DNA of 64,000 nucleotides from an uncultured Candidatus Saccharibacteria bacterium (lineage in GTDB: Bacteria > Patescibacteriota > Minisyncoccia > Phycocordibacterales > WO2-35-19): NCBI GenBank assembly GCA_964548205.1, contig CAZJPJ010000005.1, forward strand, positions 1,021-65,020, read 5' to 3'. Below the pieces are notes generated by a model. The model did not search any database. It was not told the DNA's origin and saw only the letters and a list, made by a program, of their open reading frames with translations. This document shows positions 49,308-59,400 of the stretch, piece by piece (position 1 is the stretch's first letter; every line of letters begins with the position of its first letter). Both the position numbers and the translations under genes were made by a program.

Positions 49308-50252
49308 ATGTTTTTTTTGAATATAAAGAGAATTTTTAAAAAACCTCTAAGGGTAGTGACCCACAATGGTAAGTTTCATGCTGATGATGTATTTGCTTGC
49401 GCGGCGGTATCATTGTGGGCAGAAAAAAGAGGTTTACCTGTAAAGGTTGCTCGGACTCGTGATTGGAGCATGATAGAAAAGGCCGACATAGTCTTTGATG
49501 TCGGGGGAATATATGATGAATGCAAAATGCGTTTTGACCACCACCAGAAGGGGGGTGCTGGTAAGAGAGAAAATGGTATACCTTATGCCGCATTTGGTTT
49601 GGTCTGGAAAAAGATTGGCGAAGATTTGTCAGGAAACATAGAGATTGCTAGAAAAGTAGATAGTTTTTTGGGTAGTTCTATAGATGCGGCAGATAATGGG
49701 ATTATTCTTTCAGATATAGCCAAGTTTGGTTTTAGAGAATATTGTCTTGAAGATATAGTAGAGAACATGTTTAACAAAATGAAGCCTCAACAGGAGGCTG
49801 ACCGAGCTTTTGGAAATGCCGTTAATTTTGCAAAAACATTGCTTTATTTTGAAATCAATGAAGCCAAAAGAAAGTTTGTTGATACTGTGGAAGTAAGGAA
49901 AATGATAAGGGTCCAAAATTCGCCGAATATTTTAATATTGGATAAACACTGTTATTGGGCAGAGGCGGCTAGTGAAGACAAGAGTGTGAAGGTGGTTGTA
50001 TATCCTAGATCTTATGATAATGAATATTCGATACAAACAGCTTGTGATAACGTATATGATTACAATAGCCAACGATTCGAAGCTCCACAAGAGTGGTGGG
50101 GTCTTATGACCAATGATCTAGAGAAAGCATCTGGAGTGGTGGGGGCAGTTTTTTGTAGCAACAAGGGTTGGTTTTGTGTAGCAAAAACCAAGGAGGCGGC
50201 TATCGAGCTTGCAAAGCGGGCTTTGCAAGCAACTACTAGTAGTGTAGAGTAA
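49308..50252 (+). CDS. MYG1/UPF0160 family metal-dependent hydrolase
   Basis: VVTHNGKFHADDVFACA and FDHHQ motifs. Confidence 0.7.
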   Translation: MFFLNIKRIFKKPLRVVTHNGKFHADDVFACAAVSLWAEKRGLPVKVARTRDWSMIEKADIVFDVGGIYDECKMRFDHHQKGGAGKRENGIPYAAFGLVWKKIGEDLSGNIEIARKVDSFLGSSIDAADNGIILSDIAKFGFREYCLEDIVENMFNKMKPQQEADRAFGNAVNFAKTLLYFEINEAKRKFVDTVEVRKMIRVQNSPNILILDKHCYWAEAASEDKSVKVVVYPRSYDNEYSIQTACDNVYDYNSQRFEAPQEWWGLMTNDLEKASGVVGAVFCSNKGWFCVAKTKEAAIELAKRALQATTSSVE

Positions 50253-51659
50253 GTGGTAATGGAAAATGAGCAATATAAGCTAACGGTTGGTCTTGAGGTA
50301 CACGCTGAACTCGCTACATCTACAAAGATGTTTTGTTCTTGCAAAAACGATCCTGATGAGCAAAGGCCAAATGTAAACATATGTCCGGTCTGCCTAGCTC
50401 ATCCTGGTACACTACCTGTGCCAAACAAACAGGCGATAAAGAAGATTTTTGAGGTGGGGCTTGCTATAGGGGGAGAGATTCAAAATGTCAGTGAATTTGA
50501 CCGTAAGAATTATTTTTACCCTGATATACCAAAAGGATACCAAATAAGCCAGTACAAATTTCCATTTGTTTCTGGAGGTATTTTGGCTGGAGTAGATATA
50601 GAAAGGGTACATCTCGAGGAAGATACTGCCAAGTCTACACACTCCACCACTCATAGCTTAGTAGATTTTAACAGAGCTGGGGTGCCTCTTATGGAGCTTG
50701 TTACAAAGCCGTGTATTCATGAGCCTGAAAAAGTGTCTGAATTTGCTAGAGAGCTGCAACTTTTGCTGCAGTATATCGGTGCAGCTAGGGCAAATATGGA
50801 AAAGGGTGAAATGAGAGTTGAAGCAAATATTTCAGTCAGTAAAGATGACAAGTTGGGCACAAAAGTGGAGGTGAAGAATTTAAACTCAATAAAATCTGCT
50901 CAAAAAGCAGTAGAGTATGAATATAAAAGACAGATCGAAGTTCTTGAATCGGGGGGGGATATTGTACAGGAGACCAGAGGATGGGATGACCAGAAGTTCG
51001 AGACGTTTAGTCAAAGAAAGAAGGAAAGCTCTCATGATTATCGATATTTTCCTGACCCTGATTTGCCAAAAATATCTATTTCTGAAGATTCTGATCTTCA
51101 CCCGAATAATTTGGCAGAATCTATCCCCAAAACACCCATTACAAAGCGCAGCGAATTTGCAACCAAGTATGGAATAAAAGACGCAGATATCGAGTTTTTT
51201 GTGTATGACTACTTGATGTCCGATCTTTTTGAAGCTGCCGCATCTGGTTTAGATAGTAAAGAGGAGTACCAACTACTCTCAAACTACATAGTTACTGACG
51301 TGGCGTCACTCGATGATGAACAGAAAAAGATTGATCCTAATCAACTGACAGACTTGGTAAAGTTGATTAGAAACGGAGACCTTTCATCAAGGGGGGCGAA
51401 GGATCTAATACCGCATTTCCACCTTGGCGGAAAAGCTTTTGATATTGCAAAAGAGAAGGGTTTGTTGCAGGTTACAGATAGGGCGGCACTGGAGTCTATA
51501 GTAGATAAGGTAGTGACAGAGAATGAAAAAGTTGCAAATGAGTATAAGGCCGGTAAAGAGGCTTCATTGCAGTTTCTAATAGGTATGTGTATGAAGGAGG
51601 CTAAAGGTGCAGGGAACCCAAAAGTATTTAAGGAGATACTCTCAACCCGTCTTTCGTAG
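50253..51659 (+). CDS. gatB: Asp-tRNA(Asn)/Glu-tRNA(Gln) amidotransferase subunit B
   Basis: LTVGLEVHAELATSTKMFCSC...NICPVCLAHPGTLP N-terminal cradle domain. C-terminal YqeY-like tail. Confidence 0.9.
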   Translation: MVMENEQYKLTVGLEVHAELATSTKMFCSCKNDPDEQRPNVNICPVCLAHPGTLPVPNKQAIKKIFEVGLAIGGEIQNVSEFDRKNYFYPDIPKGYQISQYKFPFVSGGILAGVDIERVHLEEDTAKSTHSTTHSLVDFNRAGVPLMELVTKPCIHEPEKVSEFARELQLLLQYIGAARANMEKGEMRVEANISVSKDDKLGTKVEVKNLNSIKSAQKAVEYEYKRQIEVLESGGDIVQETRGWDDQKFETFSQRKKESSHDYRYFPDPDLPKISISEDSDLHPNNLAESIPKTPITKRSEFATKYGIKDADIEFFVYDYLMSDLFEAAASGLDSKEEYQLLSNYIVTDVASLDDEQKKIDPNQLTDLVKLIRNGDLSSRGAKDLIPHFHLGGKAFDIAKEKGLLQVTDRAALESIVDKVVTENEKVANEYKAGKEASLQFLIGMCMKEAKGAGNPKVFKEILSTRLS

Positions 51660-52254
51660 AGAACTTTTCCAACATGACGTTGTATTTATTAGGGCTCCCA
51701 ACAATTTTCAGTATCGGCTCTTGCTGAAGTAGTTTGTTCCAGCGGTTTTTACTTATATAATCATCCTTGCTGGAAATACATATGTCCGAATCCGTGCCAG
51801 AATGGATCTGAAGTGAAGCCTCAACAATGTCATTCTTTAGCACCTTTCTTATACAGAACGGTCCGTTGAAAACATGCCCCCTGCGCTTATATTTGGAATT
51901 AAAATATTTTGCATAAGCCGTCTGAACCCTCTGCATGTACACCGACGCACTGCCCATAGAAATATTGCGTATAAGGAGATCGAAGCCCTTCTTGTGAATA
52001 CTGAAGGCAATCAGGTCCACCTCCTTTCTATTGTAGATATCGTCAATTTTATTTTTGCCAATACGGAATTCTTTTTTCTTCAAAAAAGTAGATATATACC
52101 AATGGGTATTGAATACATTTGCGGGGGAGACTAAGTGAGTTATATAAAAAACAAATCTAACAGAGTCTTCTGAGTCTAAGAAAACATCAGAGCCGCCTGC
52201 ACCAGTGTTCCATACCCTAAAAAAAGTATTCTCAGTTATATCTGTGTACCTCAT
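51628..52254 (-). CDS. IS200/COG1943-like (PF01797-type Y1 HUH transposase family) protein with degenerate HUH motif; probably domesticated/solitary
   Basis: FRVWNTGAGGSDVFLDSEDSVRFVFYITHLVSP parallels YHV.nRGn...iF.ddeD...fl...NHVHLL (only one His retained). KRRGHVFNGPFCIRKV parallels the family block GHLFQGRF. The 3' end overlaps gatB by 32 nt, leaving no room for an IS end. Confidence 0.45.
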   Translation of the reverse strand: MRYTDITENTFFRVWNTGAGGSDVFLDSEDSVRFVFYITHLVSPANVFNTHWYISTFLKKKEFRIGKNKIDDIYNRKEVDLIAFSIHKKGFDLLIRNISMGSASVYMQRVQTAYAKYFNSKYKRRGHVFNGPFCIRKVLKNDIVEASLQIHSGTDSDICISSKDDYISKNRWNKLLQQEPILKIVGSPNKYNVMLEKFSTKDGLRVSP

Positions 52255-52910
52255 CTTTCCAAGTTCTAGTTCTTATATACCCACTCTATAGAATAACAGG
52301 TTATAACATATACCTACGAATCTCAATAACATGTGTGGAGAACCATATGCGTACCTCGACTTCTAATATGTCTCTTTGAGCGTCAATTATTGAATAAGTG
52401 ACCGACATGTTGCTTTATCAACGTCAAAATATTGACTAAAAACTGTCATATTTGCGCCCGTAAATATTTATTGGTACAAAAAATAAAAAGAAGAACAACA
52501 TCTTTATACATTTTAAAATTAAATAAAAAAATAAGAACACTTCAGAATGACACTTCGGTATGTAGGTCACCTGCTATTTTTATAATTTTACATGCACTGA
52601 AAACATCTAATTTTAGTTTACTATAGTACTCTGCCCAAGAGTCCAAATAAATATAGTATATAGCAGGAGAGTGAAGGATTAATAATTATTCAGTACCAAA
52701 AAAAATGCAGGGCATTTCAACAAGAGCTTTTGCCACAGATCAGTGTCAAAAAAACAAAAAAAGAAAAATAAGGCCTCTCATCAAATGTTCCAGAGTTGTT
52801 ATGTTCCCATAATTTCTATCATAACTACATAAATAGGGGGGCAATTAGAACATGGTTGATATATCATATATGTGATAATTAAATGGCCTGAAAGAAGCCT
52901 ATTTACAAGT

Positions 52911-53159
52911 CTATTCTTCATGCCGTACCTCTATTTTCCTAACTGTGTTTTTCATGTCCTCTCTTTCTTCCATTGGTATGTTCATAAGATCAACAATACG
53001 ATACAGATCATCCTTTTTGTAAAGTCTATAATTATTGAGAGGGTGACGATAGGCGACAAGCTTTCCGGTCTTGTCCCAGTTGCGCAATGTTTGTCTAGTA
53101 ACCTTCAAAATCCTAGAAGTCTCTTTTATTGTTATAAAGTCATGTGGATCTGAGCTCAT
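52911..53159 (-). CDS. Small HTH DNA-binding protein, excisionase/MerR (HTH_17) type
   Basis: ITIKETSRILKVTRQTLRNWDKTGKLVAYRHPLNNYRLYKKDDL is a canonical excisionase-family HTH. 82 aa. Divergent from the giant gene. Confidence 0.65.
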   Translation of the reverse strand: MSSDPHDFITIKETSRILKVTRQTLRNWDKTGKLVAYRHPLNNYRLYKKDDLYRIVDLMNIPMEEREDMKNTVRKIEVRHEE

Positions 53160-53484
53160 GTTGTTATTTCAATATTATTAAAGACATTATGAAACACTAT
53201 AAAACATTATAAACAAACGATCTAAAATTGTACATGTATAATAATGTTAATAATCTTTATATTATATTTTGGTTTATTATTTTGGATTTTTTATATATTA
53301 GGAGAGTTTTGTCTTTCTTTTGTATTTGGGATTGGTATGGCCCTTTCCGTTGTTAGTATGGATGTTGTTAGTATGGATATAGTGAGTATAGTACGGTGAT
53401 TTTTATTATTTTTATGTTTATTTTGCATATTACTTTTCCCCATTTTTTTTTTAGAATTGCTGATTGTGTCTGTAAAATTATTAT
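53160..53484. promoter_or_regulatory. Divergent intergenic control region with perfect tandem 15-bp direct repeat (gttgttagtatggat x2, 53349-53378) and further half-repeats
   Basis: Tandem repeat read directly. Additional acattat(g)aaaca direct repeats at ~53185-53215. AT-rich. Lies between the HTH gene and the giant ORF. Confidence 0.4.
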
Positions 53485-56400
53485 GTGGATGAAGCATTAA
53501 TAATTAAGGAGAAGAAGTACATCTCGTCAAAGCGAGCATCTGAACTGACAGGCTATACCAGTGACTACATTGGACAACTGGCCAAAAAGGGGAAAATCGC
53601 TTATGAAAATATTGGTAGGACTACTTACGTTGTTGAGGATGAAATTTTGTCGTATAAGAGCATTAGTACTTATAGGTCAAGATCTAAAAAGAATTCTCTA
53701 AGTAGTAAATCGGATAAAAGTGACAATAAGAATAGATCGAAGGAGTATCAAGAAAGCGACTTAATGAATGATTTGAAAAATTTTGTTCTTATTGACAAGG
53801 ATCTTTATGAAGAATCTGAAGATAGTGATGTTTCTCGGAATGACGATATTTCTATGGGATATGGTAGGAATAAGGTTCTTGATACAAAAATAAAATATGA
53901 ATCTGATAGTTCAGATCTCATTCCTCAGACTGTTAGAAATATAGACATTCTAAGTGCGCGATATGTTGCACTTAGGGCTGTGAGAAATAGTATTGAGGAT
54001 AGAAATCATGGCAAGGTGTCTAGATTCAATAAATTTATTTTTTTTGTTCCAGTAGTGATACTCGTTATTTTGTTCGGTAATATTCTAGGTACATTCAATC
54101 AGGTTGCAAAGAATTTCAGGGTAGGAAATCTGGCTAATCAAACTAAAACAGAGTTGGTTTATATTTATAAGCCAACATTCGACAACTTGATTAGTAATTA
54201 TAAAAAAATAGGGTCTATATTTGATAGAGTTAGTCTTGCAAATAACTCTGCTGCTGTGGCCAATTCTTCTAAATTTGTCGGTATCAAGAATTGGCTAGGG
54301 GATATAGGTATGGTTATTTTTAAGCCCTGGCTTGCTAATGATTCTCCAGTTGTGATTGAAAACCAAATTGTAAAAGAAACCGTTAGAGAGGTGGTGTCGG
54401 GATCATCTGGGATATCTACATCAAAAACTGTGTATGTAGAAAACAATGACAAAAGTTATGTCGAGTATGTAGATCAGAAATTTTTTCAACTCAAAGACTA
54501 TGTCGATACTATAATGTCTAGAACTGTTAGTAGAGATCAGCTTTCGAGGCAGAATGATACCATTGTTAGTGTTTTGGGAAGGACTTCTTCTGGTAGCGGT
54601 GCTAGCTCTGGGGTGTCAAATCTTTTAGAGCTTGATGATGTCAGTTTGTCTTCTCTCAGTTATGGTAATCTGCTTATGTACAACGGTTCAGAATGGGTCA
54701 ATGTATCCACTAGCTCACTTGGTATAATAGGTGGAAGTAGTAGTCCTGGTGGTTCTAGTGGTTTTATACAATACAATAACAGCGGTACTTTCGGTGGAGC
54801 CAATAATTTTCTTTGGGACAGTACAAACGAAAGGCTTGGTCTCGGTACTACTTCTCCTTATGCAAAACTGTCGGTAGTGGGAGAGGTTGTAGCTGCATAT
54901 TTTACTTCTACCACAACTGCAACGTCAACATTCGGAGGCAATCTTGCAATTGGAGGTACTGGAACTTCGACAAGTGCAGGAGGCCTCAACCTCACCGGCG
55001 GCTGCTTTGCGATCAACGGAAATTGTCTGTCTATTGGAGGGGGAGGTTTATCAAGTTACGATGCGTGGACGCATCCTGCATATGGTGGCAGTGCTACAAC
55101 TTCACTTCTAACGTTATCAAATGGATTTTTAGCAACAGCTTCTTCTACGATAGTAGGTAATGCTACTACCACAGGATCACAAGGTGTAGGTGCTCTTTTT
55201 GTAAACAGCGATTACATCACAGACTTTACTGGTACTGGTCTTGTGATTTCAGGCACATCTCTTTCTGCCTCTCTAGGTACTTCTATTGATCTAACTTCTG
55301 AAGTTACTGGAACGTTGCCTGTTGCTAATGGTGGAACCGGTACAACTTCTCTGAATGATCTTATAACTCTCGGCACTCACACTAGTGGAAATTACCTAGC
55401 AACTCTATCTGGAACTACAAATCAAATCACTGTTACTGGTTCCGGTTCTGAAACTGCTACTCCTACTCTTTCTATACCAAACCAATTTAATATTCAACAA
55501 GCGTCGACAACAATTCTTTCAGTTCATGGAGGGGGTTTATATGTTGGTACGACTGCCACAACCACAATACTTGGAACTGCCACATCTACATTCGGTGCAG
55601 GTATACAAGCTAGTTATTTAAATCTAACTGGAACATCTGCTACTTCGACTGCATCGAGCGGTATAAACCTCACCGGCGGCTGCTTTGCGATCAACGGAAA
55701 TTGTCTGTCTATTGGAGGGGGAGGTTTATCAAGTTACGATGCGTGGACGCATCCTGCATATGGTGGCAGTGCTACAACTTCACTTCTAACGTTATCAAAT
55801 GGATTTTTAGCAACAGCTTCTTCTACGATTGTGGGAGATGCTACTACTACTGGAACATTTTCTGTAGGAACTAGGCTTCACGTTACAGATCAAGGGTTTG
55901 GTACCACCACTCTAACAGGTTTATCTATATCAGGCTCTGCTACCTCCACCTCCAACGTAGGTCTAAACCTTACATCAGGATGTTTCGCCATTAACGGCAC
56001 ATGTCTTTCGACTGGCGGAGGAGGTGGCGGGTCTGACACTGTTTGGCTAGAGGCGTATGCTGGTGGTACGGGAGTTAATCAAAATACAACTACATATCTT
56101 ACTCCCGGTGATTCTGCTTTTACTTCAGGTTCAACTACTCGTTTTCCTGCCCCGTCTGATATTACTGACGCTACAATTTGTGTGCATATAAGTTCTGATC
56201 AGCCAGCAAGTCAAGACCTGACAGTTGCGCTTCAAGATGATGATGTAGATACAGCAGCTGTATTGATTATCCCAGGGGGTTCTACTGCTGTGAACAGCCC
56301 ATATTGCAGTACAACAGCAAGCGTTAGTGTAGCAAAGGGTTCTTTGTTGAGGTACCGCTTCAGTCAGGCAGCTGGGGCGTCTTCTTCTGGTGGTGTTAGA

Positions 56401-59400
56401 AAAGTTTCAGTATCATTGACTACTAGTTCAGGAAGTGGGGGTAGTGGTCTAACTTCTTATGACGCTTGGGGACACCCGCTATTTGGTCTTTCTGCCACTA
56501 CCTCTCAACTCCTTATCGGTACAACTACAGCATCAAACTATCAACTCAGTATTAGCTCTTCAACCGCTCCTCAACTCTCCCTCTCAGCCGGAGCGGGCTT
56601 TGCTCAAACTACATTTAGAAACGATGGTACTAACTTCTATATATCTACAACTACAGTAGCTGGTAACGCCACCACATCTACAAGCGCTCTCGAGATAGCT
56701 CTAGGGGGCTTCGGTACCACTACAGTACGTGGTCTAAACATAAACGGTCAAGCTACTTCTACTTCAAATGTTGGCCTCAACCTCACCGGTGGTTGCTTTG
56801 CTATCAATGGAACATGTCTATCAACTGGTGGAGGGGGAGGTTTATCAAGTTATGACGCATGGACCCACCCATCATATGGAGGTAGTGCTACAACTTCACT
56901 TCTAACGTTATCAAATGGACTTTTGGCTACCGCTTCTTCAACAATCTCTTCTTCTCTTTATCTACCCTCATTATCACAAGGATTTTTGTACAATGGTTCA
57001 AATGGTTTAACGAGTACTATCGCATCCTCATCAGTTAATCTTTCTTGGTTCAACAATGATTCGGGATATTTATCAAGCTATGACGCTTGGGGACACCCAC
57101 TATTTGGTCTTTCTGCCACTACCTCTCAACTCCTTATCGGTACAACTACAGCATCAAACTATCAACTCAGTATTAGCTCTTCAACCGCTCCTCAGCTAGC
57201 TCTATCTGCTGGGGAAGGAATAAATCAATGGTCTTTCCGAAATGCTGGAGGCAACTTTTACCTGTCTACTACCACTGTATCCGGTAACGCAACTACGAGT
57301 ATTAGCGCGCTTTCTATAATTGGGTCAAGCGGATATGTTAGCGTTGGAGCGACAAGTACACCATTTGCTAAGCTTTCGGTCCAACAAGATTCGGCAAACA
57401 ACGCTTTTGTTATCGGCAATTCTTCTGGTACTAGCATGCTTGTGGACGAGAATGGCAGGGTCGCAATAGGTACAGCTACCATACCTTCTTTTACCGGCAC
57501 AACAAAATTTACGGTTAGTGGTACGTCTGGGACAAATGCAATCGTTAGAGATACAACTAGTTTTTCTTCAATAATTTCTCAAGGGGCTACTGAAGGCAAT
57601 CTTATACTTCAAGATACTGGGGCATCTTCTAACTCCCAAGCTTTTAACTGGAATTCAAATGATGGGACGCTATCACTTAGGGTGTTGAACGATGCAATAA
57701 ATGGTGTCATCAGTACACCTTTCGCTATATCTAGCAATGGTAATGTTGGCATCAATACATCTCCAAGTAGTATAAAGGTTAGTATAATTGCAAACGACAA
57801 TGATGGACTATCGATATCTAATGGTACCAACAGTACATTATTGTTTACACCCGTGGGTAATGGTCAATTTAGGCTTAAGACTGATTCTAGTGGTAGGTGG
57901 ATAAGTTTTGCTGACGGAGCTGGGAACGCTGATACTATGGTTGTAAGAGATGGAAGGGTTGGTGTTGCAACTACCACTCCTTCATATGCATTAAATTCTT
58001 ATTCCTCTTCCGCTCCTCAACTCTCCCTCTCAGCCGGAGCGGGCTTTGCTCAAACTACATTTAGAAACGATGGTACTAACTTCTATATATCTACAACTAC
58101 AGTAGCTGGTAACGCCACCACATCTACAAGCGCTCTCGAGATAGCTCTAGGGGGCTTCGGTACCACTACAGTCAGAGGTCTAAACATAAATGGTCAAGCT
58201 ACTTCTACTTCAAATGTTGGCCTCAACCTCACCTCCGGCTGCTTCGCCATAAACGGCACCTGTCTATCGACTGGAGGAGGTGGTGGTGCCTCCACAACAC
58301 TCCTTGCTGATTTCAATACTTTCTCTAACACCAACAACTTTACTGGAGCAGTTGGTCTCTCTTCCTCAACCCCATTTGCTCGTCTTTCTATCAATGCTGA
58401 TGCAGGAGAAGCTGGTCTCGTAGTCGGTTCTACCACAGGCACCTCTTTCATTGTAGATAAGAATGGGATGGTGGGTATTGGGACTGCGGTGCCAACAAAA
58501 GCGTTGACAATCTCTGATTCTGGTGCAACACACACTATCGGCAACGGGGCATTATCGATAAATTCACTTGGTACCACTGCGATCCTAGAATTGTTTGACT
58601 CATCTTCAGAAGGTCTTGCTATAAACAGTATATCTTCAAATACCGCTTTTACAAACGATGGCTATATTAGTTTCGAGCCTGGACTTGTAGAGTCTATGAG
58701 ACTTACAACGGGTGGCAGTTTAGGTCTGGGTACGACAACTCCTTGGGCAAAATTGTCTGTCGGTATAACGGGGGGAGACAGTGTTCCTGAATTTGTCGTG
58801 GGGGGTTCGAGCTCTACTTACTTTCTAGTAAATGATGTTGGTAATGTTGGTATAAAGACCTCTTCCCCGACATCTGCCCTAGATGTGAATGGTAGAATTG
58901 TACAAAGGGGCAGTGTTGCAGCAAATCTGAATGCATATCTAAATACCAATGCAGGTAGTGTTGCGTCGGCTACAAACTTGGCTCCTGGTTTATTGGTGTA
59001 CAACGATGGATTCGGTGGTAATTTTGGTCTTGATATCGGCAATGAAAGCGGCTCTTATTACACAAGAATTTTTGCAGGTGATGGCTATGGCATAGGATTT
59101 GCATTTAGTAGGGGCGCTGCACCAACGTCTCAAAGTGCTTTTGATGAGGTTATGTTTATAAAGAGTAATGGTATGGTGGGTGTGGGTACTACTACTCCTG
59201 GTTATCAACTCACAATCGCTTCCAGTACTGGCCCTCAGCTTGCACTTTCTGCTGGCGCTGGCATTAATCAGTGGTCATTTAGGAATGCAGGAGGAAACTT
59301 ATACATATCCACCACAACAATAGATGGGTTAGCAACTACATCAGTTAGCTCCTTTTCAATATTGACTTCATCCGGTAATGTCGGTATACGTACTGATTCG

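Noticed and set aside
52432-52626. 64-aa ORF in the AT-rich spacer
   Set aside because: Low-complexity AT-rich translation with no motifs. Probably non-coding.
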